Below are positions 42,320 through 52,747 of a stretch of 64,000 nt of DNA, one piece after another. Position 1 is the stretch's first letter; each line of letters opens with the position of its first letter. Under the pieces are notes generated by a model, which saw nothing but the letters and a program-made list of their open reading frames with translations, did no database searches and was not told the DNA's origin. The DNA comes from a bacterium (GTDB lineage: Bacteria > Zhuqueibacterota > Zhuqueibacteria > Residuimicrobiales > Krinioviventaceae). Made by a program: the position numbers and the translations under genes. Location: the NCBI GenBank assembly GCA_963674595.2, contig CAXXFV010000001.1, positions 49,316-113,315 on the forward strand. The letters are read 5' to 3'.

Positions 42320-42348
42320 TTGCACTAGTTTTTAATATTTTGTACTAT
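42320..42348 (+). promoter_or_regulatory. Putative sigma70 promoter of the caspase gene
   Basis: TTGCAC-N17-TACTAT, ~265 nt upstream of the ATG. Confidence 0.55.
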
Positions 42349-42613
42349 TTTATAATCAGTTAAAGGTTTAATTTAGAACGGTTGGGAAATTGTGGGTAAT
42401 CCTGAATAATACCTTTTATTGATTTTTCTTTTGAAAATACGGGAACTAACGGTACACGAGGAAGAGATTGTGTCGGATTCAAAATCATATTCCTGCTGTT
42501 TCATTAACAAAATTATTGTATGGGTTGACTGTGCCTTGCTGTTGTTTAAGAATACTTTCCCCGGTGTTACTATTCCCAAAATTAACAGTTACTCTTAAAA
42601 AAAGGAGAGAATC

Positions 42614-43423
42614 ATGTCAGCTAAAAAAGCTCTATCCGTGGGTATTAATCAATACTCAAACCCTGAGGCCAATTTGAGAGGATGTGTTAATGACTCTATT
42701 ATGATTCGGGAAATACTGAGAAAGCATTTTGGGTTTAAAAATAGTGATATTACCTTACTTTTGGACCATCAGGCTACGCAAGCTAACATCATAAAAGAAT
42801 TACATAATTTGGTTAAAGATGCGAAAAAGGGAGATATTCTCGTTTTTCATTACTCCGGACATGGTTCAAATATTGTTGATTATGACGGTGATGAATTAGA
42901 CGGATTTGATGAGATTATTTGTCCCTATGATATGGATTGGAGCAATCCGTTATCAGATGATAAAATAAATAAAATCCTCAAGACAGAAAAAGGCGTCAAC
43001 CTGACAATGATAATGGATTGTTGTCATTCGGGAACTGTTAATAAAAACTTTTGCGGTCCAGATATGTCATCTCCGGTAAAAGATCGTTATTTATTTCCGC
43101 CGACAGCGTTAATTCCAAACCAAAGAGAAAGAAATGAATTAACCCGAAGAACTTTTCATTCACAAAAGAAAAATTATTCTATCCTCATATCCGGCTGCGA
43201 GGACAACCAAACCTCAGCCGATGCCTGGATTGACGGTGCCTATCATGGAGCTTTTACTTTTTATTTGAATGAAACCCTGCGAAAAAACAAGTGGAAAATG
43301 GAAATGGGTGATTTACATGAACAGGTTATAGAAGCATTGGCTTATCATAACTATACTCAAAGACCTGTTTTGGGAGGCCCAAAGGGTGTGGAAAAGCAAG
43401 AGTTTCTTTCCGTTAAAAAATAG
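42614..43423 (+). CDS. Caspase-family (peptidase C14) metacaspase
   Basis: GINQY, LRGCVND, catalytic dyad HYSGHG and DCCHSG, p10-like SGCEDNQTSADA..GAFT. Confidence 0.93.
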   Translation: MSAKKALSVGINQYSNPEANLRGCVNDSIMIREILRKHFGFKNSDITLLLDHQATQANIIKELHNLVKDAKKGDILVFHYSGHGSNIVDYDGDELDGFDEIICPYDMDWSNPLSDDKINKILKTEKGVNLTMIMDCCHSGTVNKNFCGPDMSSPVKDRYLFPPTALIPNQRERNELTRRTFHSQKKNYSILISGCEDNQTSADAWIDGAYHGAFTFYLNETLRKNKWKMEMGDLHEQVIEALAYHNYTQRPVLGGPKGVEKQEFLSVKK

Positions 43424-43997
43424 GTTTGCTTTAACAGAAACAAATAGATGACACACTTGAAAAAAGCATATCCCTGTACGGACATGTGAATTGGTTTGTT
43501 ATAAATTTTGAAACACCATAAAAATAAAAAAATCCATATCGCCGGTTTATCCTGTCTAAATCGATGTGGTCCTTGTGGAACATCGCAGGTTATAAACCGG
43601 CTTTCGGACTTTTAAAATGTTATATTCCCGTTGTTCAGCTAATAAAATTATTGCACCAGGTGAAAAAAAAATATTTCAGATATCTTGTCTAAAAAGGGGA
43701 TCGTTCCATATATCCTTATATATAAATTTGATACGGGTAGATATAAATGAAATAATGGGCCGTTAGCCTATTTTGATAAAAGTTGGAAAATACATGCAAA
43801 ACTAAGTACCTTGTTAGAAAATCCACGTCGGATAACATTTTAGGTGCAGTATTCGGTATAACACTATTTATTGGGATGCGAGCGGATTACTATCCGGCTT
43901 TTATAACGTTCCAATGAAGGCGGGACAGTCTTTTTAGTAATAAAAATACCTGCTGTTGAAATAAACAGTTCATTTAAAGAATAAGGAGAATAAGAAA

Positions 43998-44515
43998 ATG
44001 TTTAAACTATCCTGTTGGGTGAGTCTGACTTTGTGCCTTATTCATGGTATTTGCGTCCAAGCCCAAAATTCCGAATGGAATAGCTTTACGGCAGGGCCGG
44101 TAATTTCTCTGGCGGATGAAGAGAATAACATTTGGGTTGGGACTTCAGGAGGGTTTATATAAATTTAACAAATCCTCCAAAGAATTGATTTTTTTATAAC
44201 AGAGCAAATTCTGGTCTATATGGATATTACGTTAGTTCCCTGGCAATAGGCAAAGATGGGGAAATTTGGATTGGCACCTGGAACTGTGGTCTCACAAAAT
44301 ATGACGGAACAAATTGGACTCGCTATACAACAGTGGATTCTGATTTACCCTCAAATGATGTCAATGCAATAGCAATTGATGACAGTGGTAATGTATGGAT
44401 TGGTACAATGCGGGGATTAGCAAAATTTAATGGTAAAGATTGGACAATATATAACGCATCCAACTCTCCCTTGACTAGCAGTAATATACAATGTATTGCC
44501 ATTGATAAAAGTTGA
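43998..44515 (+). pseudogene. Truncated, frameshifted secreted beta-propeller (two-component regulator propeller repeat) gene
   Basis: AGGAG RBS and signal peptide MFKLSCWVSL...AQ; WVGTSGG, WIGT and LPSNDVNAIAID repeats in shifting frames; ends IAIDKS* at the repeat. Confidence 0.75.
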
Positions 44516-44544
44516 AAAAAGAAAATTGATATTTTTATTACAAA
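44515..44544 (+). repeat. 30-bp direct repeat, copy 1
   Basis: AAAAAAGAAAATTGATATTTTTATTACAAA, identical to 45991-46020. Confidence 0.9.
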
Positions 44545-44627
44545 GGAGTTGAAGTCTATATTTAAAAGCAGCCATTTTTTGTTCTGAAATGAATAAAACA
44601 CTATATAATGATTGAAGGAGATTATCA

Positions 44628-45913
44628 ATGAGGATTTATTTTCTTTTATTTTTTGTATTCCTTTTTAGCGAAAGGATAAAGGCACAGGAAGAAGTATGGA
44701 CAACTTTTAATAGCTCTAATAGTATTCTTTATGACAGTGTATGGGATACACTTGCAGATAGCAGTGGAAATGTGTGGTTCAATTCTGCCAAGTTTGATGG
44801 GTCCAATAAATATTATTTTAAACTCACAATGTTCGATAATCCAAAATGGATATTATATGATAGCAGTTATGCAAGTTGCAAACGTATTCCAATGGCGGTT
44901 GATACAAGCGGAGCTGTTTGGTTCGGAGGTTTTAATTGGGTTTCAATTTTGATGGGGCTAATTGGAAATTACTAGATCATACTAATAGTGAACTTGTTGA
45001 ATATCGTGTTAATTATATTACTATTGATAAATATAATCAAAAATGGTTTGGTTACATAGCGAGTAATGTCTATGATAAAGGTGGAATATCCGTATTTAAT
45101 GATACTACCTGGCAACACTATAATCAATATACCAGTGGCTTGAAAGATAATTACGTTAGTTCCATAGTCATTGATAATCTTGATAATGTATGGGTCGGAT
45201 GTAACTATAATTTGTATTTCTTTGATGGAATCGATTGGCAAAAATCCAGTGTGGCCGCAAATCCCGAAATAATTGATAAAGAAAATAAAATATGGTTTAC
45301 AACAGAAAAAGGTGTGAGTGTCTACGACGGACTTGAGTGGATACATTATGATAGCTCCAATAGTATTTTAAATGGAAAATATTACACCGATATTTTAGTT
45401 GATCATACAAATAATAAATGGGTGGCAACCCGGAATGGCGTCTATATGTTTGATAATGATACATGGAAACATTATGTCCCGTCAAATAGCGGTTTGGTAA
45501 ACAAAATTGTTTTTTCAATTACTGAAGATAAGGATAACAATCTCTGGTTTGCTACTAACGGCGGAGCTTGCAGACTCAGTTTTACAGGAACCGGTGTCAA
45601 TCAAAACAACAATTCATATTCAATCAAGGGGAAGAATTATATCCTACTGCAAAACTATCCCAATCCATTTAATTCGCAAACGAAAATTTCATTCTCTATC
45701 AATCAGGGAGGAATTGTAAAATTGACCATTTATAACATAACCGGTCAATTAATCAAACAACTGGTCAACGAACACAAAGTCCCGGGCGTTTTTAAAACAG
45801 TCTGGGACGGAACAGATAATTATGGCCGTACGGTTTCCAGCGGAATCTATTTCTACACACTAACTATTGACGACCGGATTTTAGAAACGAAAAAGTTGAC
45901 TTTATTAAAATGA
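44628..45913 (+). CDS. Secreted beta-propeller protein with T9SS/FlgD-Ig-type C-terminal tail (frameshift ~44940)
   Basis: Signal peptide, D..G.VWF/KW propeller repeats, QNYPNPFN...WDGTD..G..VSSGIYFY...KKLTLLK. Confidence 0.8.
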
Positions 45914-45990
45914 TACAATGTATCGAATGAATTGTCAAAATCTAACTTTTACCAGGATGGCATTCTTACACCATTTTGATAAAAGATATA

Positions 45991-46020
45991 AAAAAAGAAA
46001 ATTGATATTTTTATTACAAA
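45991..46020 (+). repeat. 30-bp direct repeat, copy 2
   Basis: Identical to 44515-44544. Confidence 0.9.
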
Positions 46021-46120
46021 AAGATTTGATGCTTATGCTAATCGTTAGAGTCTTTTTGCTGACAGGTTCTATTATGCTTAACAGTAGGTATATGTTAAAA
46101 TTAAGATTGGAGAATTAGTT

Positions 46121-47410
46121 ATGTGTTTAAAAAGTAAGCAATTGTTACTATTGTGTTTAATCTTTTTGGCGATTCATGTTCTTCAATTATATGGTCAGGA
46201 GAATTGGTTTTGTCAAAATAGCGGTACTACTGAAAACCTGAATGATGTTGTTTTCGCTGATTCGCTAACAGGATGGGCAGTTGGCAACAATGGTGTGATA
46301 GTGGCCACAACAAATGGTGGAGATGACTGGCTATTGCAAGAGAGCGATACACACGCACAATTACAGTCTGTGTGCTTTGTAGATAAAGATAATGGCTGGA
46401 TTGCAGGTTATGACGGGACTGTCTTAAAAACTGTAAATGGTGGTAATAGATGGGAAAAAATCAATTTCCCACAAACAGGTCGTTTATATTCAAACCATTT
46501 TATCAGCCCTGATACCGGCTGGGTATCTGGTGAAAGTGAATACATTTATAAAACGGTCGATGCCGGAGAAAGTTGGCAAAAACAGGTAAACAGATGCTAA
46601 CACAGAATATATTTTACGTTTTCATTCGATTTATTTCATTAATTCCAAAATTGGCTGGGCCGCTGGAGGCAACTACTATTATACTTCAGGAAGATTATAT
46701 AAAACTGAAGATGGTGGAGAAAATTGGGAATGGATTTTTTTGGGTACTAATATTGTATTTGATATTAATTTTGCGGATGAAAATATGGGTTGGCTTGTTA
46801 CTTGTGGTGGCTGTGGAGATGATGGAACGACTAGTATCTATCAAACAAATAATATGGGGTAGATCATGGACAGAGCAGTTTTTTTTAAAAAAATTTAGCA
46901 CATTTACCTCAGTATTTGCAGTTAATCAAAAGATAGCGTGGGTTACAGGTTGGTTAGGAAAAATTTATTATACTGAAAACGGTGGTGAATCCTGGTACCT
47001 GCAGAACACCAATATTAAAAACTGTCTATCTTCAATTTATTTTACCAGTGAAAAAATTGGCTGGGCAGTTGGCCATAATGGGATAATTCTAAAATCAGTC
47101 ACAGGAGGCATCACAACTGTAAAGAATCAAGAACACACATCTATTCAAAAATTTCACCTTCTTCAAAATTATCCTAATCCGTTCAATCCGACAACATCGC
47201 TTCAATATCACTTGCAACAGAATGGCCAGGTAAAATTGGTTATTTATAATCAAAACGGCCAATTAGTTCAAACACTCGTCGATGAATTTCAGAGTACGGG
47301 GAGTCATTAAAATTTTGTGGGATGCGGGAGATTTAGCGAGTGGTATCTATTTTTATCAAATTATTACAAATGAATTCACTGAAACAAAAAAAATGCTGCT
47401 GTTACATTAA
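46121..47410 (+). pseudogene. YCF48/BNR-repeat secreted protein with NYPNPFN C-terminal tail, multiply frameshifted
   Basis: GWAVG..G....T.NGG..W repeats in several frames; QNYPNPFNP; tail LASGIYFY...KKMLLLH* ends at 47410. Confidence 0.75.
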
Positions 47411-47659
47411 ATTAAAAATGAAAAAAATTAGTCTTTATCAACCTGTTATCAATCGGTCTCCCGACCTAACAAAAGCTACTTGCACAAAGATGACGAGTCA
47501 AGGGGTTTTTAAAAAAATTTTAAATTTTTTTAGATTATAATGAAAATCTATAATCAGATTATTGCAAATGAGGAATGCAAAGATTTTTGCGTGTCGTATA
47601 CGTGTCACAAAAGAGGAAAAAGCAGTCAATTCATGGCATGATTTTACAAAAATAAACAT

Positions 47660-47691
47660 AAAAAAAGGACTTGAAAATCAATCAAGTCCTT
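47660..47691 (-). terminator. Terminator-like hairpin downstream of tRNA-Leu
   Basis: AAGGACTTGA/TCAAGTCCTT stem with a T-run on the minus strand. Confidence 0.8.
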
Positions 47692-47702
47692 AATAATCAG
47701 TG

Positions 47703-47786
47703 TGCCGAGGGCGGGAATCGAACCCGCATGGAGTTGCCTCCGCTGGATTTTGAATCCAGTGCGTCTACCAATTTCACCACCTCGGC
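47703..47786 (-). tRNA. tRNA-Leu(CAA)
   Basis: Reverse complement GCCGAGGTGGTGAAATTGGTAGACGCACTGGATTCAAAATCCAGCGGAGGCAACTCCATGCGGGTTCGATTCCCGCCCTCGGCA; long variable arm; CCA not encoded; upstream TTGACT-N17-TATATT at 47838-47810. Confidence 0.97.
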
Positions 47787-47979
47787 GAATTTTTAAAATT
47801 CAGTCGAAAAATATACATATTTGATATTATAAAGTCAAGAAAAAGATTTTCTGTAAAATGATAAACCGTGTTTTATTTAAAGACACCCCCAGCTTTTTTC
47901 TTGCTTTTGACGCAGAAAAATCTATATTTAACAAATTACTAATGAATAAAATATCATATAAATAAATGGAGTTTAAGAT

Positions 47980-49211
47980 ATGAGAAAGCAAACTATTGAT
48001 GACCTCAATCTGACCGGGAAACGGGTACTGATGCGGGTTGATTTTAATGTACCTCTTACGACAGATAAAAAAGTTGATAATGATAAACGAATTGTTGCCG
48101 CTCTACCGTCAATTAAAAAGGTAATCGAATCCAACGGTAAAGCCATTTTAATGTCACATCTTGGCCGTCCAAAGGGTAAAGTAAATTCTGAATTTTCATT
48201 GGCTCCGGTTGCCGATCATCTGGGTCAATTACTTGGCAAAAAAGTTGCCTTTGCACCGGATTGCGTCGGTACAGAGGTTGAAAAAATGGTTGCCGATATG
48301 CAGGACGGTGATGTGCTTTTGCTGGAAAACCTTCGTTTTCATCCCGAAGAAGAGGGGCAAAAAAGACGGTGAAAAAATGTCAAAAGAAGACCGCGCCTGG
48401 TTTATCGATGGTTTGGCAAAACTGGCTGATCTTTATGTTGATGATGCCTTTGGCACTGCTCACCGTGCACACGCTTCCATGTCCGGTGTTCCTGAAAAAT
48501 TGCAACAGGGCGCTGCCGGTTATTTATTGCAAAAAGAGTTGGAATACTTTGCCAAAGTTTTTTGATAATCCGGAAAAACCGCTTTTGGCTATTTTAGGCG
48601 GCGCCAAAGTGAGTGATAAAATTTTGGTTATCGACAATCTGCTGGAAAAAGTCGACAGCCTGATCATCGGCGGTGCAATGGCCTATACCTTTTTAAAGGC
48701 AAAGGGAATACCTGTTGGTACGTCACGTGTGGAAGAAGATTTTGTTGAAAAAGCCAAAGAATATCTGGCCAAAGCCGTTGATAAAAAAGTTACATTGTTA
48801 CTGCCTGTAGATCATGTGATTGCCAATGCCTTCCCGGATGGAACCAACGAGGTAGAAAGCAAAGTGACAGACGGCGAAGCTATTGAAGACGGTTTTATGG
48901 GACTTGATATTGGTCCGAAAACGATAGAACTGTACTGTGCTGAAGTGAACAAATCCAAAACAGTTGTCTGGAACGGTCCGATGGGTGTTTTCGAAGTGAA
49001 AGGCTTTGACAAAGGGACCTATACCCTGGCAGAAACCATTGCCAAGAGTGACGCTGTTTCTGTTGTCGGCGGCGGTGATTCGGCAAGTGCTGCTAAAAAA
49101 TCAGGTTTCGGTGACAAATTCAGCCATATTTCAACAGGCGGCGGTGCCAGTTTGGAACTGATGGAAGGCAAAGTCCTTCCGGGTGTTGCTGCATTGACTG
49201 CTGTAGAATAA
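47980..49211 (+). CDS. pgk: Phosphoglycerate kinase (two homopolymer +1 frameshifts at ~48355 and ~48560)
   Basis: RVDFNVP, SHLGRP, LLENLRF / [10 protein letters not shown] / [25 protein letters not shown]. Confidence 0.95.
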
Positions 49212-49226
49212 TATAATTGTTTTTCT

Positions 49227-49265
49227 AAAAATGTCCGTTTGATTTTTTAAACGGACATTTTTTTT
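49227..49265 (+). terminator. Intrinsic terminator after pgk
   Basis: AAAATGTCCGTTT...AAACGGACATTTT followed by a T-run. Confidence 0.9.
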
Positions 49266-49295
49266 ATCATTACCGGAAAGTTACATTCTAAGACT

Positions 49296-51245
49296 ATGCT
49301 GCAAATTAATAATCTAACATTTTCTATCGGCGAACGTCTTTTGTTTGACGGCATCAGTTGGACGGTTGCCAAATCAAAACGTTTGGCGCTGATTGGTCCC
49401 AACGGTGCCGGTAAAACAACCCTTTTTAGGATCATTACCGGTCAAATTCAACTTGATGCTAAAGCCATCCAATATCCAAAAGATTATCAAATCGGCTATT
49501 TACCCCAGGAAGAGGTGGCTTTTTCCGACGGTAATATCCTGCAAACCGTGCTCGAAGGCAGGCAGGAAGTTTTAACGCTGTCTGAAAAAATTGAAAAGCT
49601 GCGAAAAGAGATCAGTATTAATCATGATCAAGACGATAAATTGCAGCAACTGGGCAACCTGGAACACCAATACGAAACACTGGGCGGCTACAGGCTGGAA
49701 TCGGAAGCAAAAACAATTTTAGCCGGATTGGGATTTTTGGAAACGGATTTTACCAACAGCATTTCAACCTTTAGCGGTGGTTGGCGGATGCGCGTTTACC
49801 TCGCCCGTTTGTTGTTAAAAAATCCGGATTTGCTGCTGCTGGATGAACCGACCAACCATTTGGACCTGCCGTCGCTGGAATGGCTGGAACAGTACCTTAT
49901 CAAGTTCGAAGGCAGTATCATCATTATTTCTCACGACCGGTTTTTTATCGACCGGCTTGCCCAGGAAATTTTCGAGCTTGAAAACGGAAAGCTGGAACAT
50001 TATGCCGGGAATTACCATTTTTATGAAAAAGAAAAGGTAAAACGCCGGGAACTTTTGATTAAACGCTATGAACAGATTCGCGAAGAAAAGGAAAAACAAG
50101 AGCGTTTTATTGAACGTTTTCGTTACAAGGCCACAAAGGCCGCACAGGTTCAAAGCCGTGTTAAACAGCTTGAAAAGTTGGAACAAATTCAACTTCCTAC
50201 AGAAAAAAAACAGATCGAATTTAAAATTAGTGTCGACGTCACCAGTTACAAGGACGTGCTCGATATCCGTGACCTGTCTTTTAAATACGATTCTGATTGG
50301 GTTTTGGAGGATATAAACTTAAATATTTACCGGGAAGAAAAAGTTGCCCTTGTCGGTATAAACGGTGCCGGAAAAACGACATTGACACGTTTAATCGTCG
50401 GTCAGCTTGCGCCGCAGCAAGGAACCATCACATTGGGCGAACGCACCAAAATCGGGTATTATGCTCAGCATCAGGTGGATACCTTAAACCTGGAAAATAC
50501 CATTTATGACGAGGTCGCTTCAACAGTCGCTAAGGAACATATCCCGAACATCCGCAACGTGTTGGGTGTTTTTCAGTTTACCGGCGATGAGGTTTATAAA
50601 CCCATCAAAGTGTTGTCCGGCGGTGAAAAGGCCCGCGTTTCTCTGGCTAAAATATTATTATGTCCGGTGAATTTTCTCATAATGGATGAACCGACAAACC
50701 ATTTGGATATGGCTTCAAAGGAAGCGCTGGAAAATGCACTGGCTTTTTATAACGGAACGCTTATCCTTATATCGCACGACCGTTACTTTTTGGACAAGCT
50801 GGTAAACCGTGTGATTGAACTGGATAATAAAAAACTGCGACTTTTTGAAGGCAACTATACGGATTATCTGGCCGGGCGTGAGAGAATGCAGGCACAGGAA
50901 ACCGTCAATATTTCGGAAAAGGACTCGAGTGTTAAACGTTCCCGCGACCTGAAAAGACAACAGGCTGAGGCCAGACAAGCCATTAGTAAACAACGGCAAA
51001 TTCTGGATAAGGACATAAAAATCTGGGAGAATAAAATTGAGGAACTGGAAACCCGGAAAAGCGACCTTGAACAGGAAATGCTGCTGCCGGAAACTTATCA
51101 GAATGGTGAATTGATTGCCAAACTGCAAAAAGAATATGCAGCCGTGAAAATTGAACTGGACAACTCCTTTCAGAAATGGGAAGCGGTACAAACGGAGATG
51201 GACAGCTTGATGGAGCAATTGTCAAAAAAGCTGGATTCTTTATAA
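49296..51245 (+). CDS. ABC-F family ATPase (YheS/Uup-like)
   Basis: Two ABC domains (GPNGAGKT, FSGGW, DEPTNHLD; GINGAGKT, LSGGE) and a C-terminal coiled coil; no TM. Confidence 0.93.
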   Translation: MLQINNLTFSIGERLLFDGISWTVAKSKRLALIGPNGAGKTTLFRIITGQIQLDAKAIQYPKDYQIGYLPQEEVAFSDGNILQTVLEGRQEVLTLSEKIEKLRKEISINHDQDDKLQQLGNLEHQYETLGGYRLESEAKTILAGLGFLETDFTNSISTFSGGWRMRVYLARLLLKNPDLLLLDEPTNHLDLPSLEWLEQYLIKFEGSIIIISHDRFFIDRLAQEIFELENGKLEHYAGNYHFYEKEKVKRRELLIKRYEQIREEKEKQERFIERFRYKATKAAQVQSRVKQLEKLEQIQLPTEKKQIEFKISVDVTSYKDVLDIRDLSFKYDSDWVLEDINLNIYREEKVALVGINGAGKTTLTRLIVGQLAPQQGTITLGERTKIGYYAQHQVDTLNLENTIYDEVASTVAKEHIPNIRNVLGVFQFTGDEVYKPIKVLSGGEKARVSLAKILLCPVNFLIMDEPTNHLDMASKEALENALAFYNGTLILISHDRYFLDKLVNRVIELDNKKLRLFEGNYTDYLAGRERMQAQETVNISEKDSSVKRSRDLKRQQAEARQAISKQRQILDKDIKIWENKIEELETRKSDLEQEMLLPETYQNGELIAKLQKEYAAVKIELDNSFQKWEAVQTEMDSLMEQLSKKLDSL

Positions 51246-51286
51246 ATTTGATCTGTTGATGCAAGATTATATGAGATAAAAAGTAT

Positions 51287-51323
51287 AAAAAAAGCCCTGC
51301 CAAATATTGACAGGGCTTTTTTT
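51287..51323. terminator. Bidirectional terminator
   Basis: A7-GCCCTG.CAA-ata-TTG.CAGGGC-T7 between convergent genes. Confidence 0.88.
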
Positions 51324-51327
51324 AATT

Positions 51328-52716
51328 TTAATTCTCTTTTGCTTTTTCCAACGCTGTGGTTGTTGTATAATATTTCGCAATCATATTCGGGACTTCCCAG
51401 GCCGGGAATTTTCCGTCAATCAGGTATTGAAGATATCTTTCAGTTACCTGACCAAAGTGGGCTTCGTGGCCTACATGATATTTTTGTGGAATTTCAATCA
51501 GCCAATCTTTTCGTTCATTTTTCAACTCAATACCCGGATATTTGGTCTGCAGCGTTTTTATTGTGTTCTCCAGTGTTTCGGCGAACGCTTTTTTATTCAC
51601 GCCTATTGCTGCTTCCACATACAGTTTGGGTTTATAGTTTTGTTCTTTACCCTGCTTTATAATGACGTTTGCCTTTGTGCCTTTCATAATGGAATAATGG
51701 GTGTCGCCTGTTCCTTCCGGGGCTTCATAATTCCATATAACCGATACTTTGGCGTGTATGCCTTTGATGTTATAAATCATTTCACCGTTACAATAAATGG
51801 GTAAAATACCGTCTTTGACATTTGCTTTCAAATAGTCCGGAAAATCCGGCAGGTGAGTAACTTTTTGGTATTGCGCCAGGGTCAAATTGGTCGGCCAGTG
51901 TTTTGCTTTTAACATTTCAATTTCTGTCTGATAATCAATAATTTGCTCGGGAAAACATTCCCACATAACCAGGTCTACCAGGTGCGTGGCAACATCAACA
52001 ATACCTTCGCCCTGTTGCGTTACATCAAAATACCAGGCCGGTCTTTTAATCGGATTGCCGGCAACATATTTAAAAATATGATGAACGCTTTCTTTGGTGA
52101 CAGAAGGATTATCAACAGAACCGGGTTTTAATTCACCGAAAAGTTCGGGTGTGTTGGCCAGTTCTTTTTGCAGCATGGTGGTAATTTCATAACGTTCCGT
52201 CATAATATCGTACAAAAGCACATCATTAGCAGCAGCATCTTCAAAGGCCTGTTTCAATATGTCAAAACCTTGTTTATCAATACACATGGGTTTGTCGGCC
52301 AAAACGTTTATACCGGCGTCTACAGCAGCTTTGATATATTGTACTTTTTTGCCATTGTTGCCTGAAGTGACCATTACATTCCCCGGTCGTTCTTTAATCA
52401 TCTTTTCTAAAAAGTCAGGACCTTTATATACTTTTTCATCCCAGGCTGTCGGATTTTCCTGGCGGGTATTGAACCCGTTTATTCTGTTTAAATGGTCCTG
52501 AACGTCTGGACCTTCCGGAGCATAAACATAGACAATAGGAGAAACCTGGTCATACATATTTTTTTGGACCAAAGCAGCGTGAAAGTGGCCCGGATCAAGA
52601 GTCATTAACTTAACTTCACCTTTTGCGCCGGTAAATTTCATTTTTTCATCCTTTTGATTTGTGCACGACAAAGCTATAAGCAGTACAAACAAACTGGAAA
52701 CGATTTTTTTGAGCAT
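51328..52716 (-). CDS. Lipoprotein oxidoreductase (Gfo/Idh/MocA-like, putative oxidoreductase C-terminal domain)
   Basis: Lipobox LSC, LDPGHFHAALVQK, DKP, MTERYE, DVATH. Confidence 0.8.
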   Translation of the reverse strand: MLKKIVSSLFVLLIALSCTNQKDEKMKFTGAKGEVKLMTLDPGHFHAALVQKNMYDQVSPIVYVYAPEGPDVQDHLNRINGFNTRQENPTAWDEKVYKGPDFLEKMIKERPGNVMVTSGNNGKKVQYIKAAVDAGINVLADKPMCIDKQGFDILKQAFEDAAANDVLLYDIMTERYEITTMLQKELANTPELFGELKPGSVDNPSVTKESVHHIFKYVAGNPIKRPAWYFDVTQQGEGIVDVATHLVDLVMWECFPEQIIDYQTEIEMLKAKHWPTNLTLAQYQKVTHLPDFPDYLKANVKDGILPIYCNGEMIYNIKGIHAKVSVIWNYEAPEGTGDTHYSIMKGTKANVIIKQGKEQNYKPKLYVEAAIGVNKKAFAETLENTIKTLQTKYPGIELKNERKDWLIEIPQKYHVGHEAHFGQVTERYLQYLIDGKFPAWEVPNMIAKYYTTTTALEKAKEN

Positions 52717-52747
52717 ATTGTTGTCCTTTCTGTTTTTCAGCAATTTA

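Noticed and set aside
42430-42470. Cobalamin riboswitch (AATACGGGAAC..GGT)
   Set aside because: Lacks the GGTGnAAnTCC, CCCGCnACTGT and AGnCAGnAnAC core elements.
43554-43595. Integron attC site (GTCTAAA...GTTATAA)
   Set aside because: The core sites are imperfect and non-complementary, the span of ~42 nt is too short, and there is no integrase.
44515-46020. CRISPR array from the 30-bp repeat
   Set aside because: Only two copies 1.5 kb apart with a whole gene between them, and no cas genes.
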